Below the pieces are notes generated by a model that was not told the origin of the DNA, did no database searches, and was given only the letters and a program-made list of their open reading frames with translations. A DNA stretch of 64,000 nt from Clostridia bacterium (GTDB lineage Bacteria > Bacillota > Clostridia > Peptostreptococcales > Acidaminobacteraceae). Position numbers and translations under genes: made by a program. Where the stretch lies: contig DATFJG010000123.1 of assembly GCA_035269305.1 (NCBI GenBank), positions 21,254 through 85,253 on the forward strand, written 5' to 3'. This document shows positions 9,052 to 17,336 of this stretch, in pieces (the stretch's first letter is position 1; the number at the start of each line of letters is the position of its first letter).

Positions 9052-9199
9052 TTATCGTCTCCTTAATATTCCTATACCTTATAATATCACTAAGGATTGA
9101 AACTTCAAGAACATTTTTATTTTTTATGTTTAGTAAGGTAAATTTAGGGAATGTATATAGATAGAAGTATTTTAATATAGTAGATTAAATGGAGGTAAT

Positions 9200-10870
9200 A
9201 TGAAAGTTAATATTGTTATTGCAGGCGCAGCTGGACAAGGCTTAAAAACGCTAAATAATATCTTGTCTAAGATTTTCTTTAGATTAGGGTATGACATATA
9301 TTCAACGAAAGATTATATGTCACGCATTCGAGGTGGGCATAATTTTATGTCAATTCGCATTGGTGATGAAAAAATTACTAGTTCAGAGAAAGAAATTGAC
9401 TTATTAATTGCTTTGAACTCAGAAAGTATAGAGATTCACAAATCAGATATTAAGAAAGATGGTGTTATTCTATTTGATGGCGATAAAACACATGATCAGT
9501 TAATTAATATCCCCGCAAAGGAAATTGCAAAAGAAATTGGTAATCGACGGGTTTCAAATATGGCTTTTGTTGGTAGTGTTCTAAAAATTCTAGGTATCGA
9601 TTTAAAAGAAGCTTCTGAAATCGTTACACATTATTTTGATGCTGATGAAACCGTTGCTGAAGCAAATATCGAATCATTAGAAAAAGGATATAATTTGCTT
9701 GATGAGAAACTCCCATTACCAAAGGTTGAGAAAAATGATGACCAAATACTAATTAATGGTAATGACGCCGTTGGTTTTGGTGGTGCAATTGGTGGTGTAC
9801 AATTTTACTCTGCTTATCCTATGACACCTTCTACAGGCATTCTCAATTATATGGCTAAACACTCAAATAAAATGAACATTGCAGTAGAACAAGCTGAGGA
9901 TGAAATAGCAGCTGTTAATATGGCTCTTGGTGCTTCTTATGGTGGTATTCGTGCGATGACTGGTACTTCTGGTGGCGGATTTGCTTTAATGAACGAAACC
10001 ATTGGATTAATATCTCTCATGGAATTACCTTTAGTGATTGCTAATGTTCAAAGACCAGGACCAGCTACTGGTATGCCGACACGAACGAGCCAAGGTGATT
10101 TAAGTTTCATTATTAATTCTTCTTCTGGAGAATTTCCATTAGTTGTTAGTGCACCGCGTCATCAAAAAGATGCTTTTTACCAAACGTTTAAGGCAATGAA
10201 TTTATCAGAAAAATATCAAATGCCTTTTATTATTCTAACAGATCAATACTTAGCTGATACAAAACAAAATTTTAAGACCTTTGATATCGATGCTTTAGAA
10301 AATAAGAATTATTATTTTAATAATAAAGAAAAATCAGATGTTAAAGACTTTAAACGATATGAACTAACCCAAAATGGTATCTCACATCTGACTTATCCTG
10401 GTCAGCTATCGAATAGTTATGTTATTGCAGACAGTCATGAACATACTGAGTATGGTAGAATTTCTGAAGATATTGATGTTAGAAACAAGATGGTTGAGAA
10501 ACGACAAAGAAAGTTTGATCATTTTATAAAAGAAGATTTAGAGGAACCTATATATAAAGGTCCAGAAAATCCAGAGCATGTTCTCATTAGTTGGGGATCT
10601 ACTTATAGTCCTTCTTTAGAAGCAATACAAGATTTTGATAATATTGGTCTATTAAGTTTTAATCACGTTTGGCCTCTACCTACAAAAAAATTGAATGAGT
10701 ATGCAAAAGGTTCAAAATTTATTGTGATTGAAAACAACTCTATGGGACAATTTGCAAAATTAATTAGACAGGAAACATGTTTAACAATCGACTCTCAAAT
10801 CTTAAAATATGATGGTCGTCCATTTACTTCAAAAGAAATTGTCAATCGTATTAAAAATGAGGTGTTATAA
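9200..10870 (+). CDS. 2-oxoacid:ferredoxin oxidoreductase, fused gamma-alpha subunit
   Basis: N-terminal gamma-like segment (IVIAGAAGQGLKT) is fused to an alpha-subunit core (YPMTPSTGI, GTSGGGFALM). Confidence 0.85.
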   Translation: MKVNIVIAGAAGQGLKTLNNILSKIFFRLGYDIYSTKDYMSRIRGGHNFMSIRIGDEKITSSEKEIDLLIALNSESIEIHKSDIKKDGVILFDGDKTHDQLINIPAKEIAKEIGNRRVSNMAFVGSVLKILGIDLKEASEIVTHYFDADETVAEANIESLEKGYNLLDEKLPLPKVEKNDDQILINGNDAVGFGGAIGGVQFYSAYPMTPSTGILNYMAKHSNKMNIAVEQAEDEIAAVNMALGASYGGIRAMTGTSGGGFALMNETIGLISLMELPLVIANVQRPGPATGMPTRTSQGDLSFIINSSSGEFPLVVSAPRHQKDAFYQTFKAMNLSEKYQMPFIILTDQYLADTKQNFKTFDIDALENKNYYFNNKEKSDVKDFKRYELTQNGISHLTYPGQLSNSYVIADSHEHTEYGRISEDIDVRNKMVEKRQRKFDHFIKEDLEEPIYKGPENPEHVLISWGSTYSPSLEAIQDFDNIGLLSFNHVWPLPTKKLNEYAKGSKFIVIENNSMGQFAKLIRQETCLTIDSQILKYDGRPFTSKEIVNRIKNEVL

Positions 10871-11724
10871 TGAATAATAGTGTATTTGAACTATCGGAAA
10901 AAACTAGTTGGTGTCCGGGATGTGGAAACTTTCCATTGAGAGAAGCTTTAAAACAAGCATTGAATGAACTGGACTTAGATTATACTAATACTGTTATGTC
11001 ATCTGGTATTGGTCAAGCAGCGAAAATGCCACACTATATAAATATCAACGCTTTTAATGGATTACATGGTCGCGCAATGCCACCTGCTTTAGGTATTAGA
11101 GTTGCCAATAAAAATATGAAAGTAATCGTTGAATCCGGTGATGGAGATAATTATGGTGAAGGTGGTAACCATACCATTCATAATATGCGAAGAAATTTAG
11201 ATGTATCACATTTTGTTCATAATAATCAAATCTATGGACTTACAAAAGGTCAAGCATCACCAACAACAGGTTTTAATATGACAACTCCTGTACAACAAAA
11301 TGGTATAACTGCTAATCCTATTAACCCGCTACAATTAGCAATAACAATGAATGCCACTTTTGTTGCAAGAGCTTCTGTTGGTAATAAAGAACACTTGGTA
11401 GAGATCATGAAAAAAGCTATTGAACACAGAGGATATGCTTTAGTAGACATCCTTCAACCTTGTGTAACTTTTAATAATGTTAATACCTATCAATGGTATA
11501 AAAAACACTCTTACATCCTTGAAAATGATTATGATGCATCAGACAAATATGCAGCATACAAAAGAGCTGCAGAATTTGGTGAAGAGGGCATACCTTTAGG
11601 TATTTTGTACCAAGCTGAAGAACCTACTTTTTTAGATCGTCATCCAGAAATCGGAGATAATCCGCTGGTAGAAAACATTATACAACCTTCTGAGCGTAAA
11701 GAGCTCATTAATGAATTTAAGTAA
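10870..11724 (+). CDS. 2-oxoacid:ferredoxin oxidoreductase beta (TPP-binding) subunit
   Basis: Contains WCPGCGN and GDGD TPP-binding motifs. ATG overlaps the alpha-subunit stop (ATAATG). Confidence 0.85.
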   Translation: MNNSVFELSEKTSWCPGCGNFPLREALKQALNELDLDYTNTVMSSGIGQAAKMPHYININAFNGLHGRAMPPALGIRVANKNMKVIVESGDGDNYGEGGNHTIHNMRRNLDVSHFVHNNQIYGLTKGQASPTTGFNMTTPVQQNGITANPINPLQLAITMNATFVARASVGNKEHLVEIMKKAIEHRGYALVDILQPCVTFNNVNTYQWYKKHSYILENDYDASDKYAAYKRAAEFGEEGIPLGILYQAEEPTFLDRHPEIGDNPLVENIIQPSERKELINEFK

Positions 11725-11760
11725 AAAAAATGCCTCCAGAATCTGGAGGCTTATTTTTTT
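11723..11760. terminator. Bidirectional intrinsic terminator
   Basis: A8-TGCCTCCAGA-ATC-TCTGGAGGC-TTATTTTTTT lies between convergent genes. Confidence 0.8.
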
Positions 11761-12071
11761 TACTTTTTTTTCTTGAAAATAGTTTTTGCTTTCTCTAGTG
11801 ATTTTTTAAAAACCCCTTTAGATTTTTCAAATCCTTCTTTTATTTCTTCTAATGCTTCTTCACTGGCTTCTGATACTTTATTAATCTGATCTTGTGTATT
11901 TTTTCTTTGTTTCTTAAGCTTATAAATTCTTTCTTCATATTCTTCTTTTACATCATCTTTAACAGTTTCTAGCTTTTTATCTAATTCTTTAATATCTTTA
12001 TTCCATTCTTCAATTTGAGATTTCATTTTTTCAACAATTTCGTTACGTTTATTCATAATTAATACCTCCAT
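11760..12071 (-). CDS. Hypothetical K/E-rich coiled-coil protein
   Basis: 103 aa, highly charged heptad-like sequence. No family recognised. Confidence 0.4.
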   Translation of the reverse strand: MEVLIMNKRNEIVEKMKSQIEEWNKDIKELDKKLETVKDDVKEEYEERIYKLKKQRKNTQDQINKVSEASEEALEEIKEGFEKSKGVFKKSLEKAKTIFKKKK

Positions 12072-12241
12072 ATTTCATGCTTTATCTTCTACTTTGTTAT
12101 ATATACCCACTTCTTAGGCTTCTAAATGTTTTTTTGAAATTACATTTTCAGAAATTACATAAGCATGATGTGAATTTACAGTAAAATTCTTCCTAAACCA
12201 TGAATTTATAGTATTATTATTCATCTAACTTCAAAAAAAAT

Positions 12242-12823
12242 CTATACTTTTAATTTTAATAGAACGCTTTCAATTAAGAAATCCATAACTTCTGGAAAGT
12301 GTTCCGCGCCAATATCAGCTTTATAAAGTTCAACATAAAACAATGAGTCAAAACCCGCTAGTAAAATCCTCAAATCAATATCTGGGTTAATCTCTCCAGA
12401 TTTTTGCCACACTTTGAAATATGGTAAAAACAACTCATAGGCAAACTCAAATTTATCTTTTTTTCTATTTGAATCGTAACCATCTCGGTATTTATGGTGT
12501 ACTTCTTTATTCAAAAATAACTTAAGGATTGGATCTTCTTTCATTCTTTCTAGAAAGGTTCTTAATATATCTTCTATAATGTTTATTGCTTTTTTGTCCT
12601 TACTAATCAAACGCGTCATTTCTTTCTTCATATCATCATGTCTCATTAAATATATTTCTAAAAATATGTCGTCCTTAGAACTAAAGTAATTATAAAATGT
12701 ACCAGTTCCAACATTTGCTTCTTTTGTTATTTGACTTACTTTAGTTTTTTTATAACCATTCTTGGTAAATAATTTTATTGCAGCATCTAATAAACTTTTT
12801 TCTATATTAATATCTTTGCTCAA
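12242..12823 (-). CDS. TetR/AcrR family transcriptional regulator
   Basis: N-terminal HTH (GYKKTKVSQITKEANVGTGTFYNYF). TTG start preceded by GGAAGGAG. Confidence 0.8.
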   Translation of the reverse strand: MSKDINIEKSLLDAAIKLFTKNGYKKTKVSQITKEANVGTGTFYNYFSSKDDIFLEIYLMRHDDMKKEMTRLISKDKKAINIIEDILRTFLERMKEDPILKLFLNKEVHHKYRDGYDSNRKKDKFEFAYELFLPYFKVWQKSGEINPDIDLRILLAGFDSLFYVELYKADIGAEHFPEVMDFLIESVLLKLKV

Positions 12824-12900
12824 AATTTCTCCTTCCGTTAATCAATTCACTTATGATTACATATTATCACAAGATACTTAAAAATTACATAGTTAAATAT

Positions 12901-12939
12901 GTAAAAAGACGAGAATACTTTTAAGTACGCCTCGTCTTT
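12901..12939 (-). terminator. Intrinsic terminator ending the cysK-cysE-sORF transcription unit
   Basis: Minus strand AAAGACGAG...CTCGTCTTT followed by TTTTAC. Confidence 0.7.
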
Positions 12940-13052
12940 GTTACAGTTAAGGATTTTTTTGGGAATTATGTTAGTTCAATGGTAAATATTTGAAAAAGGA
13001 TGATTCGCAATTTACCTAGTTTTAATTCTATATTTGTTTCGTTATTACCAAT

Positions 13053-13160
13053 TTAATTATATAAACGTAATGTTTCAATTAATAAATCTATATTTCCATT
13101 TTTATTAAACTTCCCTGTATCATTATTCTTAGCAGATCTTAAAGTTATATTATTTAGCAT
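13053..13160 (-). CDS. Unannotated 35-codon small ORF (MLNNITLRSAKNNDTGKFNKNGNIDLLIETLRLYN)
   Basis: Below the ORF-track size cutoff. Has a strong SD (AAGGAGGTCAAAATATG), its own promoter with a Fur-type box, and a terminator downstream. Confidence 0.45.
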   Translation of the reverse strand: MLNNITLRSAKNNDTGKFNKNGNIDLLIETLRLYN

Positions 13161-13199
13161 ATTTTGACCTCCTTGTTTAACCTTTATCTCTATAATTAA

Positions 13200-13228
13200 A
13201 TGATAATGGTTATCAGTCTCAATGTCAA
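13200..13228 (-). promoter_or_regulatory. Sigma-A-type promoter of the 35-codon sORF
   Basis: Minus strand reads TTGACA (13228-13223), 17 nt, TATCAT (13205-13200). Confidence 0.55.
13201..13215. promoter_or_regulatory. Fur-family (7-1-7) box candidate
   Basis: TGATAACCATTATCA (minus) / TGATAATGGTTATCA (plus) matches the Bacillus-type Fur consensus TGATAATNATTATCA at 14 of 15 positions. Overlaps the spacer and -10. Confidence 0.5.
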
Positions 13229-13247
13229 GTGTTTTTTGAACTTTTTT

Positions 13248-13820
13248 TTATATAACCATATTATTATACATTTTTCGCTTTCGATCCATGTCCACAATTT
13301 GAGAATCAACTTTCTTTATTATTTTTGCAGGAATTCCAACTGCTGTTGAATTTTCAAATGTATCAGTCAAAACAACGGATGATGCACCAATTTTAGTTCC
13401 TCTTTTTATTTCAATGGGGCCAAGTACTTTCGCACCTGAACCAATGACAACATTGTCTCGAACAGTTGGATGTCGCTTTCCAGTATCTTTACCTGTTCCG
13501 CCAAGGGTTACTCCTTGATAAATCGTAACATTATCACCTATCTCAGTTGTTTCGCCAATAACTACACCTGTACCATGGTCTATGAATAGATTTCGGCCAA
13601 TGGTAGCACCAGGATGAATTTCAATTCCAGTAAGAAATCTTGCTAGTTGAGAAAGTAATCTTGATACAAAGAAAATATTGTGATTATATAAGAAATTTGC
13701 TATTCTATAAAAGAACATGACATGAACTGTTGGATATAGCAAAATAACTTCAACATAATTCTTTGCAGCTGGATCTTTATCAATTATATTGTCTAAATAA
13801 CTTTTCATATTCTTAAACAT
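13248..13820 (-). CDS. cysE: Serine O-acetyltransferase
   Basis: Hexapeptide-repeat acyltransferase with [11 protein letters not shown] and [13 protein letters not shown] motifs. Lies downstream of cysK. Confidence 0.9.
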   Translation of the reverse strand: MFKNMKSYLDNIIDKDPAAKNYVEVILLYPTVHVMFFYRIANFLYNHNIFFVSRLLSQLARFLTGIEIHPGATIGRNLFIDHGTGVVIGETTEIGDNVTIYQGVTLGGTGKDTGKRHPTVRDNVVIGSGAKVLGPIEIKRGTKIGASSVVLTDTFENSTAVGIPAKIIKKVDSQIVDMDRKRKMYNNMVI

Positions 13821-13828
13821 ATTGCACC

Positions 13829-14728
13829 TTACCCTTCATTGAAAACACCTGTTGATAAATAACGTTCACCAATATCACAATTAATTGTGACAATTTTACT
13901 GTTATTAGGAACTTTCTTTGCTAGTTTAATAGCGCCTGCTACATTAGCACCTGTTGATAATCCAAATAGTAGTCCATATATATCACGTATTTTTCTTGTC
14001 ATTTCAAAGGCTTCATTACTATTGACCTTAATAATATCATCAATCATTTTAGTGTCTAGAATTTCAGGAATGAACCCTGCACCAATTCCTTGTATCTTAT
14101 GAGGACCTGGATCATTACCGGATAATACTGAAGATTCTTCCGGTTCAATTGCAACTACTTTTGCATTGGTCTCTTCTTTCAACCTTCTACTTATACCAGT
14201 TATAGAACCACCTGTCCCGACGCCTTCAATAAAATAATCTATGTCTGGTACTTGATTTATGATCTCCACTGAAGTCATTTCATAATGTATCCCTGGGTTA
14301 GCAGGATTTCTAAACTGATCTAAATACACGTAATTATCATTTGCTTTTAACATACTCTCAACTTTATTAATAGAACCTTTCATTCCTTCATTCCCTGGGG
14401 TTAAAATCAATTCTGCTCCATAGGATTTTATTTCATTCTTGCGTTCATTGCTCATGGTTTCAGGCATTACAATAATCACTTTATAACCTTTTAATCTTCC
14501 TAGCATTGATAAAGCAATTCCTGTATTACCACTCGTCGGTTCTATTATTATACTCTTTTCATTCAATAAACCTTTATCTTCAGCATCTTTGATCATGCCA
14601 TAAGCAGTTCTCATTTTTATACTACCAGTCATATTTCTTGACTCTAATTTTAGATAAATCTCTTCTCCATCTATAGATAGATTAATCACAGGGGTATTTC
14701 CAATTAATTCAATAATATCTTTACTCAT
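13829..14728 (-). CDS. cysK: Cysteine synthase A (O-acetylserine sulfhydrylase)
   Basis: PLP-dependent with GSIKMR (PLP Lys region), TSGNTG and GTGGSITG motifs. Confidence 0.9.
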   Translation of the reverse strand: MSKDIIELIGNTPVINLSIDGEEIYLKLESRNMTGSIKMRTAYGMIKDAEDKGLLNEKSIIIEPTSGNTGIALSMLGRLKGYKVIIVMPETMSNERKNEIKSYGAELILTPGNEGMKGSINKVESMLKANDNYVYLDQFRNPANPGIHYEMTSVEIINQVPDIDYFIEGVGTGGSITGISRRLKEETNAKVVAIEPEESSVLSGNDPGPHKIQGIGAGFIPEILDTKMIDDIIKVNSNEAFEMTRKIRDIYGLLFGLSTGANVAGAIKLAKKVPNNSKIVTINCDIGERYLSTGVFNEG

Positions 14729-14749
14729 AACTCACTCCTTTATATTCTA

Positions 14750-15003
14750 AAACAAAAAACTCCACTCCCTAACTTATAGGGGTGAAGTATTATTCACGGT
14801 TCCACACTACTTTTTTCTCATTCAGACACTTTCATATCTTATCTCTATAACGGGAGAACCCGACTAAACCTACTAATTTCGGTTTGTATCTCAAAAGGGC
14901 ACTTCAATATAATTTCCATTAGAAATCTTCCAGCCTAGGATTTCCTCTCTCTTAATATCCATTAAATCTACTTTCCTCTATCATCGATTATTATTTGTTA
15001 TTC
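14750..15003 (-). promoter_or_regulatory. Cys (TGC) T-box riboswitch, proximal copy, with terminator
   Basis: Minus strand has GATGA K-turn, AGTA, AGAGAGAGG AG-bulge and GGCTGGAAG distal loop. Specifier is TTGAAG-TGC-C (+ strand gca 14899-14901) and the T-box sequence is AGTAGTGTGGAACCGTG. Terminator is CTTCACCCCTA / TAGGGAGTGGAG plus a T6 run. Confidence 0.85.
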
Positions 15004-15005
15004 AC

Positions 15006-15034
15006 ATTATATTAATCCTTAGTGATCTTGTCAA
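15006..15034 (-). promoter_or_regulatory. Consensus sigma-A promoter of proximal T-box
   Basis: Minus strand reads TTGACA (15034-15029), 17 nt, TATAAT (15011-15006). Confidence 0.7.
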
Positions 15035-15059
15035 GATTAAATTGTAATTATTTCAATTG

Positions 15060-15312
15060 AAACAAAAAAACTTCACACCCTAACTCATAGGGGTGAAGTA
15101 TATTCACGGTTCCACACTACTTTTTTCTCATCAAGACACTTTCATATCTTATCTCTATAACGGGAGAACCCGACTAAACCTACTAATTTCAGTTTGTATC
15201 TTAAGAGGGCACTTCAATATAACTTCCATTAGAAATCTTTCAGCCTTGGATTTCCTCTCTCTTAATAGCCATTAAATCTACTTTCCTCTATCATTGATTG
15301 ATATTTGATTAG
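15060..15312 (-). promoter_or_regulatory. Cys (TGC) T-box riboswitch, distal copy, with terminator
   Basis: Near-identical to the proximal copy, with the same TGC specifier (+ strand gca 15209-15211). Terminator is CTTCACCCCTA / TAGGGTGTGAAG plus a T7 run. Confidence 0.85.
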
Positions 15313-15313
15313 T

Positions 15314-15342
15314 ATTATATGTGCTATCATATTATCTGTCAA
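15314..15342 (-). promoter_or_regulatory. Consensus sigma-A promoter of distal T-box
   Basis: Minus strand reads TTGACA (15342-15337), 17 nt, TATAAT (15319-15314). Confidence 0.7.
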
Positions 15343-15573
15343 TAATAATTTTAAAGTAAGTAGAAGAAAAGTGATCATTTAATGGAAGTCAATAGGCTGA
15401 TGAGTGCCAATCAAATCATCTCTTTACACTTTATCTAATTAATGTGCAATTAGGCTTAGATGAATTTATCTAATAATTAAAAGTACTTTCTAATTTTTTT
15501 ATTATAAGTGCTTTTCACTAACTCAATACTGAGTTTAACAACTTAGTCTAAGTAAAATTCTTTTAAAAAGAAT

Positions 15574-15602
15574 TTGACATGGTAATTTTTTAATGCTATC
15601 GT
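15574..15602 (+). promoter_or_regulatory. Sigma-A-type promoter for leader ORF / ABC importer operon
   Basis: TTGACA (15574-15579), 17 nt, TATCGT (15597-15602). The -35 is overlapped by the inverted repeat AAATTCTTTT/AAAAGAATTT. Confidence 0.55.
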
Positions 15603-15631
15603 ATTAATCACATTGGCATTGGAGGAAAATT

Positions 15632-15754
15632 ATGAAAAATTTAGAATCAATAATAATTATCCAAAATTTAATTTTTTCTAGTACTTGTTGCTGTTGTTCT
15701 GTTTTTATAGAAAACAAAATAATAGCGTTTTGTGCTGGAAATAACAATGCTTAA
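15632..15754 (+). CDS. Unannotated 40-codon upstream ORF with CCCC run (candidate Cys leader peptide)
   Basis: GGAGGAAAATTATG opens MKNLESIIIIQNLIFSSTCCCCSVFIENKIIAFCAGNNNA. Codons 19-22 are TGT TGC TGT TGT (15686-15697). Confidence 0.5.
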   Translation: MKNLESIIIIQNLIFSSTCCCCSVFIENKIIAFCAGNNNA

Positions 15755-15796
15755 GTAAATATAAATCATTATATTTATACAATAATTTTAATTATT

Positions 15797-15827
15797 AAGT
15801 ATCGGTTGTTTACCGATACTTTTTTTA
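15797..15827 (+). terminator. Intrinsic terminator in the leader of the ABC importer operon
   Basis: AAGTATCGGT-tgttt-ACCGATACTT followed by T7, 53 nt upstream of the SBP start codon. Confidence 0.75.
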
Positions 15828-15880
15828 TTGCTATAAAAAATGATTCGTCAATTATATGTAAAAATTATTAGGAGGAAATT

Positions 15881-16669
15881 ATGAAAAAAAGTATTATATT
15901 AGTGACAATTATTGGGATTCTTATTTTAGGTGTACTAGCATTTTCTATAAACTCTAGAGAAGATGATAACACACTTATAGTTGGTATGAGTGGTGGTTAC
16001 AGACCATATACTTTCTTAAACGATCACGCTGAATTAAAAGGTTTTGATGTAGATGTATGGGAAGAAATAGGCGCAAGAACTAATTATAGGATTGAATTTG
16101 AAACATCAGATTTTAGTGGTCTTTTTGGTAAACTTGAATCTGGTCAAATTAATACAATAGCAAACCAGATAACAATTACAGAAGAGCGAGAAGAGAAATA
16201 TGATTTTTCAAAACCTTATGTGTACTATGGTGCTCAACTCGTGAGTAAAGAAGGAAACACTGATATAAAAGATTTAGAAAGTCTACAAGGAAAAAAAGTT
16301 GGCGTTAGTCTAGGTTCTAATTATGAAAAAATGATTATGGATTCTCAATATGCTGATCAAATTGATGTTATAACTTATGAAAACTTTCAAGGATCACTAC
16401 AAGATGTATCTAATGGTCGTTTAGATGCTGTTTTAAATGATCGATTAGCAGCCCTTACTGCTGTTAATGAATCTGGACTTAATTTGCAATTAGCTGGTGA
16501 ACCATTGGAAGTGCTGTCGAATGCTTTCCCATTTGTTAAAAATGATACTAACAAAGAATTGATCAGAACAGTTAATATTGCTATTACTGAAATGTATGAG
16601 GATGGCACCATGGAAAAACTTTCATTAAAATGGTTCCCAGTCAACATAACAGAAATAGCAGGTGAGTAA
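15881..16669 (+). CDS. Amino-acid ABC transporter substrate-binding protein (family 3; cystine/polar amino acid type)
   Basis: N-terminal signal/anchor. GYRPYTF and GFDVDVW motifs are typical of polar amino-acid SBPs. Confidence 0.8.
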   Translation: MKKSIILVTIIGILILGVLAFSINSREDDNTLIVGMSGGYRPYTFLNDHAELKGFDVDVWEEIGARTNYRIEFETSDFSGLFGKLESGQINTIANQITITEEREEKYDFSKPYVYYGAQLVSKEGNTDIKDLESLQGKKVGVSLGSNYEKMIMDSQYADQIDVITYENFQGSLQDVSNGRLDAVLNDRLAALTAVNESGLNLQLAGEPLEVLSNAFPFVKNDTNKELIRTVNIAITEMYEDGTMEKLSLKWFPVNITEIAGE

Positions 16670-16670
16670 A

Positions 16671-17336
16671 ATGAATTTTGATTTAAGTTATTTTTTCAAG
16701 ATCATCCCTGTCATTGGCAGAGCATTGCCAGTAACGCTGTCCATTGCTACCTTATCAATGGCATTAGGTTTAATTTTAGGTACAGCAATAACTTTTATCT
16801 TAAAACATGCTTATTGGCCAATCAAGGAGTTTTTTAAAGGTTATGTATCATTTTTTAGAGGTACACCATTAATGGTTCAGCTTTTCATATTTTTCTATGG
16901 CGTTCCTCAGTTACTACCTTTTTTATCGAGAATTAATGCATACTCTGCATCAGTTCTTGTAATGAGTATTAACGCAAGTGCGTATATTTCTGAAGTTATT
17001 CGATCTTCATTAAATTCAGTAGATTCTGGTCAACTAGAAGCAGCAACTGCTATGGGTATGACAAAATTTCAAGCGATGGAACGGATTGTTTTACCCCAAG
17101 CTTTTAGAATTGCAATACCACCTTTAGGCAATACATTAATTAATCTGATCCAAGGTACAGCTTTAACTTTTATGCTTGGTCTTAAAGATATAATGGGTAT
17201 TTCAAAAATGTTAGCAGCTTCATCCTATCGTTTTTTTGAAGCCTACTTAGCTGTTGGGTTAATTTACTGGATTATTACAAAGTTGGCATCAATCGCTAAT
17301 AAATATCTTGAAAGGCGGTTAGATTATGAGCAATAA
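16671..17336 (+). CDS. Amino-acid ABC transporter permease
   Basis: HisM/GlnP-type permease with an EAA-like loop (EAATAMGMTKFQAMERIVLPQA). ATG 16671 is preferred over the track GTG 16662. Confidence 0.8.
   Translation: MNFDLSYFFKIIPVIGRALPVTLSIATLSMALGLILGTAITFILKHAYWPIKEFFKGYVSFFRGTPLMVQLFIFFYGVPQLLPFLSRINAYSASVLVMSINASAYISEVIRSSLNSVDSGQLEAATAMGMTKFQAMERIVLPQAFRIAIPPLGNTLINLIQGTALTFMLGLKDIMGISKMLAASSYRFFEAYLAVGLIYWIITKLASIANKYLERRLDYEQ

Larger units (their letters stand above)
14750..15342 (-). repeat. Tandem duplication (period about 309 nt) of a promoter + T-box + terminator unit
   Basis: Manual alignment shows about 15 substitutions/indels across the roughly 250-nt T-box cores. Promoter regions are more divergent but both keep TTGACA-17-TATAAT. 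Confidence 0.85.

Noticed and set aside
15093-15275. 60-aa ORF on the plus strand from the ORF track
   Set aside because: It lies entirely antisense to the distal Cys T-box leader. It has a GTG start with no SD, and its sequence is explained by the riboswitch.
14750-15342. Considered whether the ~309-nt tandem repeat could be a CRISPR-like array, minisatellite or IS remnant
   Set aside because: There are only two copies and no spacers or terminal inverted repeats. Every segment is accounted for by promoter, T-box and terminator elements.
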